In this document: positions 29,839-39,449 of the stretch, in pieces
Numbering within the stretch: the stretch's first letter is position 1
How the letters are laid out: each line of letters begins with the position of its first letter
DNA from: Chitinophagaceae bacterium
GTDB taxonomy: Bacteria; Bacteroidota; Bacteroidia; Chitinophagales; Chitinophagaceae
Assembly: GCA_019455085.1 (NCBI GenBank)
Contig: JACFNA010000002.1
Coordinates: forward strand, 1 to 53,267
Length of the DNA stretch: 53,267 nt
Reading direction: 5' to 3'
Notes under the pieces: model-generated
Databases searched by the model: none
Told to the model about the DNA's origin: nothing
The model's input: only the letters and a program-made list of their open reading frames with translations
Position numbers and translations under genes: made by a program

Positions 29839-31129
29839 AAAATATATAACCGATATTATTGAAGATCTGGCCGAAGAAAATGTTATTGCCTGCCGAGCAT
29901 TATTCAGGATTACAAGAATTGACTTCACCACGAATGTGCCGACCCTTGCCGTCAGCCTTTCGGAAAAACCCACTTTGTGCATTAATCAGAAATTCCTGCA
30001 AGAATATGCACATTCAGAAAACGATATAAAATGCCTGCTTCTGCATGAATTCCTACATGTCATGTTGCTCCACACCGAAAAGTATCAATTGTCAAACCCT
30101 CTTTTGAATATTGCCCTTGATGCTATAATCAATAGTATAATTCATCGCGTTTATGGGCTGTCATTGTCCGGGTTCTTTAATAGGTTTTATGCCGGAACCG
30201 GAGTCGACTGTTTACTAAGACCTCAGGATCCGGCAATCAACTCTTCAAAAGAAATCAACTGGAAGGAAATTCATAATGAAATTTATTGGGGAAAATACGC
30301 TGCTGATGATTTATTCGAACTCCTGGAGTATTTGTATTTTAAAAAACTGACCGGTAACTGCCAGGGCATTACTTTAATTGGTAACCATGAAGATCAAAAA
30401 TCTACTATCAGCCCCCAAAACAGTGCCTTACTGGATGGGATCCTAAAGAGTATGGACGGAAAAGGAATATGGAGTAAGGCAAAGGCTCGTGGTATAAGCT
30501 TTGACCATCAGGAAGACATCATTCAAATTAAAAGGCAAAAAATTGCTCAGTGGAGAAAATCCGCCTGGAAGATTCTCAAAAAATGTCTTCAGCCTGATAA
30601 ACGGGGAAAGACAGAAATCAGGCCGGACACTTCTATGATGCCTATCCTGAACAGCCACAACAGACGGGCTTTTACCCTGCTTGAAACCAGTGATATCATC
30701 CCGTTTTGCCCAATTTCTTCCTATCGAATTAAGCCAAGGGAATTAGCTACTATTTATCTTGATGTAAGTGGATCTATGGACGGAGAATTAGAACAAATAG
30801 CCGCGCTCCTTTCTTCATTTAAGGATTCTATCCGGTTTCCAATACATGTGTTCTCAAACGAAGTGAAAGACGCAAAACTTAAAGAGGATAAATTAATTTA
30901 TGATTCTACCGGCGGAACATCAATAGCCTGTGTATTCGAGCACATGAAGAAAAATAAAGTCCCCAAAAGTGTAATTGTTACCGATGGTTATACAGAACGC
31001 ATTACTCCGGAAATGTTATGGGGTATTGAAGTCAATAATATCCGGGCAATTATTTCCTATGATGGAAACCCAGCGGAATTCAGCTCAAATAAAATTGAAT
31101 ATCATCAACTTGAAAATTTTAGAAAATGA
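29825..31129 (+). CDS. DUF2201-type protein: N-terminal HEXXH metallopeptidase-like domain plus C-terminal vWA domain
   Basis: LLLHEFLHVMLLH and NIALDAIIN; MIDAS elements YLDVSGSM, GGT and VTDGY. ATG 29825 is preferred over TTG 29813. Confidence 0.85.
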   Translation: MNWTKKYITDIIEDLAEENVIACRALFRITRIDFTTNVPTLAVSLSEKPTLCINQKFLQEYAHSENDIKCLLLHEFLHVMLLHTEKYQLSNPLLNIALDAIINSIIHRVYGLSLSGFFNRFYAGTGVDCLLRPQDPAINSSKEINWKEIHNEIYWGKYAADDLFELLEYLYFKKLTGNCQGITLIGNHEDQKSTISPQNSALLDGILKSMDGKGIWSKAKARGISFDHQEDIIQIKRQKIAQWRKSAWKILKKCLQPDKRGKTEIRPDTSMMPILNSHNRRAFTLLETSDIIPFCPISSYRIKPRELATIYLDVSGSMDGELEQIAALLSSFKDSIRFPIHVFSNEVKDAKLKEDKLIYDSTGGTSIACVFEHMKKNKVPKSVIVTDGYTERITPEMLWGIEVNNIRAIISYDGNPAEFSSNKIEYHQLENFRK

Positions 31130-32271
31130 AAAGATTCTCTGAAGCAGTTCTGAACGGACATCCCGATAAGTTTTGCGACCTGATAGCCGACCGTATTATT
31201 CGTCATCTTTATAAAACGGCAGGCGATGTGTATGCTCAAATAGAAGTAAGCACATGGTCTGACTATATATTCCTTACCGGCTGTGCAGTCACCCGGTCAA
31301 AAGTAAACCTGAACGTAAGGGATATTATTGTAGAATTAGGTTATGAAATCGGTTACACTCCTCATAATCACATTAATGTAGAACAATACCAAATCCGGGA
31401 TCATTTGTGCCGCATTACCGGAGACCCGGATGATTGGAACAATTTTTCAAATGATCAGTGCATCATTACTGCATACGCTGGTTACGACGACAAAACTCAT
31501 TTTCTTCCGCCCGAGCACTTTTTAGTCTGGTATTTAAGAGAATCATTGATTCGTTCGCTTCATGGCGGCCTGCTTCAGGATCAGGGGCCGGATGGTAAAC
31601 TGCTTGTAATCATACAGGAAGATAACGAAGGTTGGCGACCGGAGAAAATCCTTGTAACACTACAACAAGAGCCGTCAATCTCGTTTATAGACTTTACCAT
31701 TAATCTGAATCGGGTATTACATGAAGCCTGGGATCAGCTGCGCACCCATGACAGGCGATGGAAGGGATTCTGGCATGATATCCAGGTAATCATTAATCCT
31801 AATGGCCCTTTGATAAACGGGGGAAGTGATGGAGATAATGGGCAGACCGGACGTAAATTGGTTATGGATTATTACGGTCCCCGTATTGCTTTAGGAGGTG
31901 GGGCAATCTATGGTAAAAATCTTGCACACATCGATAGGTTAGGAGCCTTTAATGCGCGCCGCTATGCTATAGATCTGGTGCGTAACGGTTCAAAAGACGC
32001 GATCGTAGAATTATGCTATGCACCGGGAATGAAGAGCCCCCTATCAATCCAAATCAAGTCAGAGAAAAGACACCCGGTACCGGGCAATCAATACTTTGAT
32101 TTTAATGAAATGAGGAAAAAGTTGGATGCTTCTCTTTTAGATTACGACCTTATTGGGTTAGGGACATTCTATAACCATAGTCTATCATTCAACCACAGAA
32201 CGGAATCTTCTATAAATGCAGGTTCCGGCTGGGATATCCCGATAATGAGTAAACCGGAAATTAGTGTTTAG
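31126..32271 (+). CDS. Divergent S-adenosylmethionine synthetase (MetK) homolog
   Basis: GHPDK, PDGK, INPNG...GG.DGD.GQTGRKLVMDYYG and GGGAIYGK...IDR motifs. ATGA overlap with the vWA gene. Several canonical residues are substituted. Confidence 0.85.
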   Translation: MKRFSEAVLNGHPDKFCDLIADRIIRHLYKTAGDVYAQIEVSTWSDYIFLTGCAVTRSKVNLNVRDIIVELGYEIGYTPHNHINVEQYQIRDHLCRITGDPDDWNNFSNDQCIITAYAGYDDKTHFLPPEHFLVWYLRESLIRSLHGGLLQDQGPDGKLLVIIQEDNEGWRPEKILVTLQQEPSISFIDFTINLNRVLHEAWDQLRTHDRRWKGFWHDIQVIINPNGPLINGGSDGDNGQTGRKLVMDYYGPRIALGGGAIYGKNLAHIDRLGAFNARRYAIDLVRNGSKDAIVELCYAPGMKSPLSIQIKSEKRHPVPGNQYFDFNEMRKKLDASLLDYDLIGLGTFYNHSLSFNHRTESSINAGSGWDIPIMSKPEISV

Positions 32272-32440
32272 GTCATCTTTTTGAATGTATTTGTATTGTT
32301 ATGCACGATTTCTCCCGGATATTGAGCCAATGGGGCTGCGTAACGTATAAAAGATACTTTTTCCGAATTCAGATAATCAGTCAGACCAGCTCCCACAAAC
32401 CCCATCAATTAATTATCTTTGCCCCTTAAACCTTTTGGTT

Positions 32441-33037
32441 ATGATTAAAACCGGTAACCCGATCATAAGCATCTATACGGAAGAGACTCCCAACCCACAG
32501 ACACTTAAGTTTGTGGCTAACAAGTTGTTATATCCGGGAAAGACCGCGGATTTCCCTGACGAGACCACGGCAACCGGCTCGCCTCTGGCACAACAGCTCT
32601 TTGCATTTCCTTTCGTAAAGTCAGTTTTTATCGCCAGCAACTTTGTAACACTCACCAGAACAGATGATATTGAAAACTGGGACGATGTCGTTCCAAGTAT
32701 TAAACAGTTTCTGAAAGATTACATAGAAGAGGGTGGGGTCATTATCAATGAGGATGTGCTCTCCCAGAGCAAAACAGATACAAACAATTCAATTAGCGCA
32801 GATGACGGGGATACGGTTAAGAAAATCAAAGAGGTACTAAAGAACTATGTAGCCCCTGCCGTAGAGATGGATGGCGGGGCCATTCAGTTTCAGAGTTTTC
32901 AGGACGGTATTCTGAATCTCAAAATGCTGGGAAGTTGTAGTGGCTGTCCTTCATCCATGATTACACTAAAAGCCGGAGTAGAAAAAATAATGATGCGAAT
33001 GGTGCCCGAAGTAAAAGAGGTGGTTGCCGCAAGTTGA
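32441..33037 (+). CDS. NifU/NfuA-family Fe-S cluster carrier (Nfu N-terminal plus NifU-C domains)
   Basis: TPNPQTLKF, SPLAQQLF, DGGAI and GSCSGCPSS..TLK.GVE. TATCTTTG promoter at 32414-32421. Confidence 0.92.
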   Translation: MIKTGNPIISIYTEETPNPQTLKFVANKLLYPGKTADFPDETTATGSPLAQQLFAFPFVKSVFIASNFVTLTRTDDIENWDDVVPSIKQFLKDYIEEGGVIINEDVLSQSKTDTNNSISADDGDTVKKIKEVLKNYVAPAVEMDGGAIQFQSFQDGILNLKMLGSCSGCPSSMITLKAGVEKIMMRMVPEVKEVVAAS

Positions 33038-33081
33038 TCAATAATGCCCTTACCGAATAAATTAATATCCATCCCGCTTCA

Positions 33082-33729
33082 ATGACCTTACCTGAAATCT
33101 ATCAACAATTTATAGCGGGACTGAAAGAAACCGGTTTTCTTGAATTTATCGCCGTTATTTCGGGTATTGTAAGCGTCTGGTTTTCGAGAAAAGAGAACAT
33201 CCTGGTGTACCCCACCGGGCTTATCAATACCACCTTCTATATATATCTTAGTATCAAGGGAAGTTTATTGGGCGAGGCTACTGTAAATCTCTATTATACT
33301 ATCATGAGTATCTATGGATGGATACTGTGGGCAAGACGAAATGAGCAAAAGGAACATATTGTTCAGATTACTTTCAGTTCTAAGAAAGAGTGGATTGGAG
33401 AAGTAGCCTTTTTCCTTTCATTTTATTTTGCAATCTACGCGGCACTCAGCTACCTAAAACGCGATTTTGCTCCCGGCGCCATTCCGTGGGCTGATGCATT
33501 TGCCAGTTCCACCGCCTTTACCGGAATGTGGCTGATGGCGCGTAAAAAGGTTGAAAGCTGGTATTGGTGGATTGCTACCAATATCGCCTCCATGCCGCTT
33601 TATTTCGTAAAGCATTATGTGTTTACGAGTGTTTATTATCTGATTCTCCTGGTATTGGCCATCATGGGATTAATTGAATGGAAGAAAAGGGCGCGCCATA
33701 ACCTTCTCCTTGCTAAAGAAGCCACGTGA
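33082..33729 (+). CDS. pnuC: Nicotinamide riboside transporter PnuC
   Basis: Multi-TM protein with YGWILW, WADAF, WLMARKKVESW..W and G.IEW. Confidence 0.9.
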   Translation: MTLPEIYQQFIAGLKETGFLEFIAVISGIVSVWFSRKENILVYPTGLINTTFYIYLSIKGSLLGEATVNLYYTIMSIYGWILWARRNEQKEHIVQITFSSKKEWIGEVAFFLSFYFAIYAALSYLKRDFAPGAIPWADAFASSTAFTGMWLMARKKVESWYWWIATNIASMPLYFVKHYVFTSVYYLILLVLAIMGLIEWKKRARHNLLLAKEAT

Positions 33730-34274
33730 AGCGTATAAAAAAATATGTAGCCATCGGGCCCGAATCTACAGGCAAGAGCACATTGTGTATGCAGTTAGCC
33801 GCACATTATAACACCCTCTGGTGCCCGGAATATGCAAGAGCCTATCTGGAAACAAACGGTACTGATTATTCGTACGACGATTTGCTTACGATAGCACAGG
33901 GGCAATTAAACCAGGAGGATGATTTGACCGCGCAGACCGCAAACGGCGACGGCCCTCCTTTACTTTTTGTGGATACAGATATGTATGTGATGAAGGTATG
34001 GTGCGAATTTGTATTTGGAAAATGCCATAGGTTTATTCTGGATCAGATAGCAGAAAGAAAATACGACGGTTATTTTTTGTGTAATCTGGATCTGCCCTGG
34101 CAAAAGGATAACCTCAGAGAATATCCGGACGAAAAAATCAGACAGGAGCTCTTTCATTATTACAGAGAGCTGCTTACAGCCCAGGATGTACCGTGGATTG
34201 AAATAAAAGGCAACGACGAGAGTCGAACCCGGTCTGCAATCGACTGGCTGGATAACCTGCCAATCGGTTTATAG
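33726..34274 (+). CDS. NadR-like nicotinamide riboside kinase / AAA_28 ATPase
   Basis: GPESTGKST, PEYARAY, FVDTD and PWQKD.LRE. Overlaps the pnuC stop. Confidence 0.88.
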   Translation: MKRIKKYVAIGPESTGKSTLCMQLAAHYNTLWCPEYARAYLETNGTDYSYDDLLTIAQGQLNQEDDLTAQTANGDGPPLLFVDTDMYVMKVWCEFVFGKCHRFILDQIAERKYDGYFLCNLDLPWQKDNLREYPDEKIRQELFHYYRELLTAQDVPWIEIKGNDESRTRSAIDWLDNLPIGL

Positions 34275-35546
34275 TTTTGTTCTGATACCGTGCAGAAATT
34301 TTTCCACAGCTTTCCTGATTTCCTGTGCTGCCACATTGTGGTTGTTCACCAGAACAGAAAACAGTAATAATTTGTTCTTCTCTGTAATTAAATACCCACT
34401 CAGAGAAACCACACCACTAATGGTGCCCGTCTTGGCAAAAATCTTTCCTGCATCTGCGTGATATAATGACGAAAGCGTGCCTGTGCCACCTGTGGGCAGA
34501 ATCACCTTCATCCTTTCCAGACCGAATTCGTCTTTCATCTTTCTCAAAATGAAAATAAAATCCTGCGGGGAAAAAAGATTGTAGCTGCTTAATCCCGAAC
34601 CATCAGACCATCTGGGACGCTGCGGCATATCAGCAAAATCTGTAGAAATAATCTTCTGAATCACCTGTCTGGTGTTCATCGTCCCCAGAATTTTGTTGCT
34701 TACCATAAGTAGTGACTGTTCGGCAAAGAAATTATCACTTCTGTGCATCATGATGGCGAGCATACTATCTAACGGTTGTGTATGTACGAAGTTATCACCC
34801 AGCACTTTGCGGGTAGTCAGCGATACGGTTTTCTTAAGGGTATCTGACCATAATGCTACTACCGTATTATCATCGGGAATAAAAGGAATTTCTACGCTTT
34901 TAGATTTGCCATCCGACACGGTAAATGTATTACTGTCCCACGGACGCGATACAGAAATGCCATTATTAATATTTCCCGATAGCGTAGTGCTTTGATTAAA
35001 CCAGGACGGTGTGGCGGAAACCCGGTTATTATCCCATTTTATGGTAACATAATCTCCGTACATGGGGAAGGCGCTTCTGGGGGCAGCATAGCTGTATTCA
35101 TAATCATCCCACGACCAGCCGTTACCCATAAAGGAAGAGAAATCGCTTTTTTCTATTTCCACATTTCTAAATCCTGAAAGGAACTTTAATACCGGCTGAT
35201 TCTTAAAGTCAGGATGCATCATAGTCGGGTCGCCCATGCCTTTTATTGCCACAGTCGACTCGTCTAATACCTGATATTGAATTCCGGTAATACTATCTCC
35301 CAGATATTTCATCGCTACATAACAGGATGCAAGCTTGGTATTGCTTGCGGGGGTAAAATACTTGTCGGACTGATATTCAAATATCATCTTTGAAGTAGCC
35401 GGATCGTAGATGGCGACGCCTGTATGAGCTGTACTTAAATTATTATCCTTAAAGATGGTAGCCCTGGCTTCTTTACTTATTTTTTGAGAAATGGAGCATG
35501 AGGTGAGCAGACATATAATAAAGAGGGGAAAGAAAAGCTTTTTCAT
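34269..35546 (-). CDS. dacB: D-alanyl-D-alanine carboxypeptidase/endopeptidase (PBP4, S13 family) lipoprotein
   Basis: PASNTK (SxxK), SDN, DGSGLS and AKTGT. Lipobox LTSC follows ATG 35546. Confidence 0.9.
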   Translation of the reverse strand: MKKLFFPLFIICLLTSCSISQKISKEARATIFKDNNLSTAHTGVAIYDPATSKMIFEYQSDKYFTPASNTKLASCYVAMKYLGDSITGIQYQVLDESTVAIKGMGDPTMMHPDFKNQPVLKFLSGFRNVEIEKSDFSSFMGNGWSWDDYEYSYAAPRSAFPMYGDYVTIKWDNNRVSATPSWFNQSTTLSGNINNGISVSRPWDSNTFTVSDGKSKSVEIPFIPDDNTVVALWSDTLKKTVSLTTRKVLGDNFVHTQPLDSMLAIMMHRSDNFFAEQSLLMVSNKILGTMNTRQVIQKIISTDFADMPQRPRWSDGSGLSSYNLFSPQDFIFILRKMKDEFGLERMKVILPTGGTGTLSSLYHADAGKIFAKTGTISGVVSLSGYLITEKNKLLLFSVLVNNHNVAAQEIRKAVEKFLHGIRTKL

Positions 35547-35578
35547 TCCCGAAAATAAACGAAAATTTTTTAGGGCAT

Positions 35579-35608
35579 AAAAAAATACCGGACTCATTCC
35601 GGTATTTT
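35579..35608 (-). terminator. Intrinsic terminator downstream of the SurA/PpiD gene
   Basis: Inverted repeat AAAATACCGGA-ctcat-TCCGGTATTTT with an A-run on the left, giving a U-tract on the minus strand. Confidence 0.75.
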
Positions 35609-35651
35609 CTTAATTTTTATCTGAAAGGAGATCAGACTCCTGTAAATATTA

Positions 35652-37781
35652 TCAATAGAACTTGCTTCTATAATCTTTGATTTTGGCCATTTTTCTAAGA
35701 CCCATGAAAGATTGTTGAAGTGCAGACTGTGTTTCCCGGCTTTGCGTAGCCTGTTCCTGTTGCTTCCACAGATCTTCTGCAACCGCCTTCTTTCCGGTTG
35801 AGGTTACCTGGATTAGAAACACTCCTGTATTACCGGCTATGGGAGCAGAAACTTTTCCATCCAGCCCTTTATCAAAAGCAGCACCGGTAACTTTAGGTTC
35901 ATTTCCAATCCCATTAATAATTTGCGCATTAAAGGTGAGGGAAGAGTCTTCACCGTCTGTAAGTACCTGTACACCGAAGGTCTGAGCTACTGCATCCAAT
36001 GATGCCGGGTTGGATATCTTCTTTGTGATTACTTCCGCTTTTTTCTGATTGCGCAGGATTCCATCAATAAGTGGTGCAGCTGTTTCCACATCCATTAGTC
36101 CTTCCCGCAATCTCTTGTCCACTTTTACCACTACAAAATCATTGTCAATTGAGAAGGGTTCAGAAACCGCTCCTTCCTTAGCCCCATTGGCCCATCTGAT
36201 AGCTTCTCTTGCATTTGAATAGCTACCCATCTGATAGTCATTTTCTCCTACAGGCATAGGCAAATCCACTTTGGAAAGTCCATTCTTTACAATGTAGTCT
36301 TCAAATGCTTTTTCGTTTGTACCGGCAGCTGAAAGCTTTACTGCTTCTGAATTTGCATGGTTAATGGTGGCATCACTTGGATCTATTTCGCGCGCCATAT
36401 ATGCAATCTTGTAGCAGGGTTCGAAATGGCTCTTAGACATTATCTCTATATAATGGTAACCAAATTCTGTTTTTACAACCTTCTTTGTTTCGCCATTTTC
36501 GTTCAGGAGAAACTTACCAAACTCTTTTGCAAAATTATCGCTCTGCACCGTCTTGAGGTCAAAGTTCATAACACCATTTGTTTGTTTTGCTCCTTCATCG
36601 GTTGAATAGACAGGCTCTAGGGCATCAAAGCTGGCACCATTTTTAATTGCAGTAGCCACACTATCGGCTTTTCTCTTAGCGGTACTGTCATCCATAATGG
36701 GCTGCTGTGTCTGGGGATTAATAGTTCCAAAGAGAATATGCCTTACTTTGAAGCTGTCGGCCATTGTCTTTTGATCTATAAGTTTCGCAATCACATAATT
36801 CTTTGCATCCAGATAGGGTCCATATACTCCACCTTTAGGCAATGCGGTGATTGAAGCAATATTGGGAACCTGAATCTGTGTAGCAGGAAGGTAACCATCA
36901 AAGAATGGAATAGTAGATCCGTTCCTGCCCAGGAAGAATTTGGCATTTGAGTCCAATTCAAATTCAGGCTTTATTTTTTCTAACGCATTAAATACTTCAG
37001 CGCTGTCTTCCTTACTTGGGGCTGCACTGAATGATACATAAGAGAGCATCATTCCGGGCTCCTGTTTGAACATACTCTTATGAGAGTTTATATAGTTTTT
37101 GACATCCTGTGAAGATATCTTAATTGTACTGTCGTTCACACTTGAATAAGGTACAGCCACATAGTTCATTACTGCATAATTCGTAGCTGCTTCCTTTTCC
37201 ATATTTTTTAGCCAGGTAGGTTGATTTACACTTGCGGCAATCATCGATGTATATTTCGAATAGAGTGAATTCAACACCATTGGATCAATCACCTGTGACA
37301 CCAGCGCATTGCGTTGCTCCTTATTTTTATTTTGCTTTACCTGTGTCCACCAGAGTTTGGCCTGCTCTATATCGTATTGTCCGGTATTAGGATCGGTAAA
37401 TGATTGTTTCAATTGTGCCGGTGCATCCTCACTAAATAATATTGTACTCAGTTCTTTGGCAGTGAAAACAAGTCCTAATTTTTCAAACTGATCATTTACA
37501 ATTTTCTCGGCTACCATCTGGTCCCACGCTCCCTGCATTACACTATTCCGCTGGCTCGACTGGTTACCATACTGCTGTTCCATCTGTGTTACCTTATCAT
37601 TGAAATCCTGGTAATCTATCGATTCACCATTTACTATTCCTATAGTAGTTTCGTTACCACCACCGAATAATTTACCGGTACTGCTCATTGAGTCCATTAA
37701 AATGAACCCGATAAGGCTTATTGCTACCAATGAAATCACAATCACCGCTCCCTTTTCACGGATCGTTTGAATTATCGACAT
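35652..37781 (-). CDS. SurA N-terminal / parvulin peptidyl-prolyl isomerase (PpiD-like)
   Basis: MSIIQTIREK followed by a TM anchor, IG.VNGESI, VRHIL and VKTEFGYH.IE. TATTTTTG promoter at 37821-37814. Confidence 0.88.
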   Translation of the reverse strand: MSIIQTIREKGAVIVISLVAISLIGFILMDSMSSTGKLFGGGNETTIGIVNGESIDYQDFNDKVTQMEQQYGNQSSQRNSVMQGAWDQMVAEKIVNDQFEKLGLVFTAKELSTILFSEDAPAQLKQSFTDPNTGQYDIEQAKLWWTQVKQNKNKEQRNALVSQVIDPMVLNSLYSKYTSMIAASVNQPTWLKNMEKEAATNYAVMNYVAVPYSSVNDSTIKISSQDVKNYINSHKSMFKQEPGMMLSYVSFSAAPSKEDSAEVFNALEKIKPEFELDSNAKFFLGRNGSTIPFFDGYLPATQIQVPNIASITALPKGGVYGPYLDAKNYVIAKLIDQKTMADSFKVRHILFGTINPQTQQPIMDDSTAKRKADSVATAIKNGASFDALEPVYSTDEGAKQTNGVMNFDLKTVQSDNFAKEFGKFLLNENGETKKVVKTEFGYHYIEIMSKSHFEPCYKIAYMAREIDPSDATINHANSEAVKLSAAGTNEKAFEDYIVKNGLSKVDLPMPVGENDYQMGSYSNAREAIRWANGAKEGAVSEPFSIDNDFVVVKVDKRLREGLMDVETAAPLIDGILRNQKKAEVITKKISNPASLDAVAQTFGVQVLTDGEDSSLTFNAQIINGIGNEPKVTGAAFDKGLDGKVSAPIAGNTGVFLIQVTSTGKKAVAEDLWKQQEQATQSRETQSALQQSFMGLRKMAKIKDYRSKFY

Positions 37782-37849
37782 GTTATTATCCTAATTTTTT
37801 GTGTTTAGGGCGGCAAAAATAGGTTAAATTAAAATAGCAACAAAGCTCA

Positions 37850-38324
37850 GAAAACAAGCTATAACAGGCAACTCCACCCCTGTCAGCCGCGTGATACCTA
37901 TACTAAAAACATTAGTTACTAACAGTGGCTGTTAGCAACAGAATTTTTATGTGAATAACCCTGCAAAATAAAAACATGAAAGGGGAATATCTTTTAATAA
38001 CTCCTGGTTCATATAACAGGTTTTATTACTTTCTGTAAAATCTACCCAAAAAGTGAGCTGCTAATTCACAATAACCCGTTCATTTTCTATCCGGAAAGTT
38101 ATACAGTAAGATATTTATACACCGGCGTGAATTATGAGTTGGAATATAACAATAGACAGAAGATTAATATCTGAATTGAGTGTGAAATGTGGTGGAAAAA
38201 GTAGTACTTATGATATTACCAAAAGTCTCAAAAAGATTCTATCCACTATTCCACAGTGCTAGTAATAATAAAAGTCTTTTTAAAATATTATATTATTCTT
38301 TTATTAAGTTAATAATCCACATTG
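37850..38324. other. Probable chromosomal replication origin (oriC)
   Basis: Gene-free AT-rich gap with DnaA boxes TGTGAATAA (37950-37958), TAATTCACA (38062-38070), TTATACACC (38115-38123) and CGTGAATTA (38126-38134). Tandem boxes CTATCCACT/TATTCCACA (38239-38255) are followed by CTA GTA ATA ATA trios (38259-38270), an A/T-rich DUE and TAATCCACA (38313-38321). Lies near mnmG and parS. Confidence 0.8.
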
Positions 38325-39449
38325 TCATTTTTGAAGAGTTGGCGAATCGGTATCATGCGTATGAGTCACTTTTTGGAGTGTTTGTGACAGAGTTTCTCTG
38401 AACGCTTCAAAGTTCATTTCCGGAAGTCGGTATTGGCCGCTCCTGAAAGATGCAATCGCCTCTGATAAGGAGAAGGTACTTTGGTTTCTGATCAGGAAAT
38501 ACTTTTTATCAGTGAGGTATGATCCCAGGTATTCCTGCTCTGCCTGTCCGGGGGTGGGTATAAGAATAGCCGGAACTCTGAGTTTTGCGAGATCCATTAT
38601 GGTGGAGTATCCGCATCTGCTTATTACTATATCTGAAGCACAGAGCGCTTCATTAAGTTTAGTTGCACTGAGATGGTTTTCTACTATGATGGTTGAATTA
38701 ACTATCAGTGGCTTCGTGTCTCCCGGAAGTCCTCTCACCAATAGAACTTTCTTTTTATTTTTAATGTCATTTAATTGTGAGATTATCTTTTCTTCAAGAA
38801 TAGTGCGCTGTGGTTCTGGTCCTGAGAGAATTATACAATAGTCGTACACTTTGGGTACCTGAATAAAGTGCATTCTGGATAGTGGCCCTATAAATTTTTG
38901 GCAGATATTCCTGGCGGAAGTGTGAGACAGGGTGCCGGAGAGTCCGTGTATTTCAGCATCCGGCACCCAGCATTCATTAAATTTCTTTATTACGGTTTGG
39001 TGTATTCCGGAGGCCACGCTGTCGAGTAGTGTATTACCGGTCTTTACCGTGATTTGATGAGTGATATATACAGCGTATATTGACTTATGGAAGATTCCGG
39101 GTCTATTATCAGAGATTATCAGATCAATTTTTCTTGCTTTTACAAGCTTTCTTATTTGCTTTTGTTCCTGATATTTTCGAATTATTATTTTGGGAATCTG
39201 AGTGAATATTTTAAAAATAAATAATCTACCATTTCTCGGATAAGTAAGATTGTAGCCTTTTAGCGAAATAAATTCCGCATTTGGAAATTCCGTTTGTAAT
39301 AAATGTTTAGAAAGGCCGGAGGCTGCTATAATTATATGCGAAGTGTATTTATATAGCTCCTTAATTATTGGAATACAACGAGTTGCATGTCCCAGACCCC
39401 AGTCTAACGGAGCTATTAGCACAGTGATATTCCGGCTTTCGGATGGCAT
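38325..39449 (-). CDS. Glycosyltransferase, GT28 C-terminal (MurG-like) family
   Basis: PLDWGLGHATRC, IISDNR, SGPEPQR, SRCGYSTIMD and PTPGQAEQ. ATG 39449 is preferred; the ORF-track extension overlaps the divergent lipoprotein gene. Confidence 0.88.
   Translation of the reverse strand: MPSESRNITVLIAPLDWGLGHATRCIPIIKELYKYTSHIIIAASGLSKHLLQTEFPNAEFISLKGYNLTYPRNGRLFIFKIFTQIPKIIIRKYQEQKQIRKLVKARKIDLIISDNRPGIFHKSIYAVYITHQITVKTGNTLLDSVASGIHQTVIKKFNECWVPDAEIHGLSGTLSHTSARNICQKFIGPLSRMHFIQVPKVYDYCIILSGPEPQRTILEEKIISQLNDIKNKKKVLLVRGLPGDTKPLIVNSTIIVENHLSATKLNEALCASDIVISRCGYSTIMDLAKLRVPAILIPTPGQAEQEYLGSYLTDKKYFLIRNQSTFSLSEAIASFRSGQYRLPEMNFEAFRETLSQTLQKVTHTHDTDSPTLQK

Noticed and set aside
27379-32430. 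Mobile-element signatures around the MoxR-vWA-MetK block
   Set aside because: No integrase, transposase, tRNA or clear flanking direct repeats were seen, so it is not called a mobile element.
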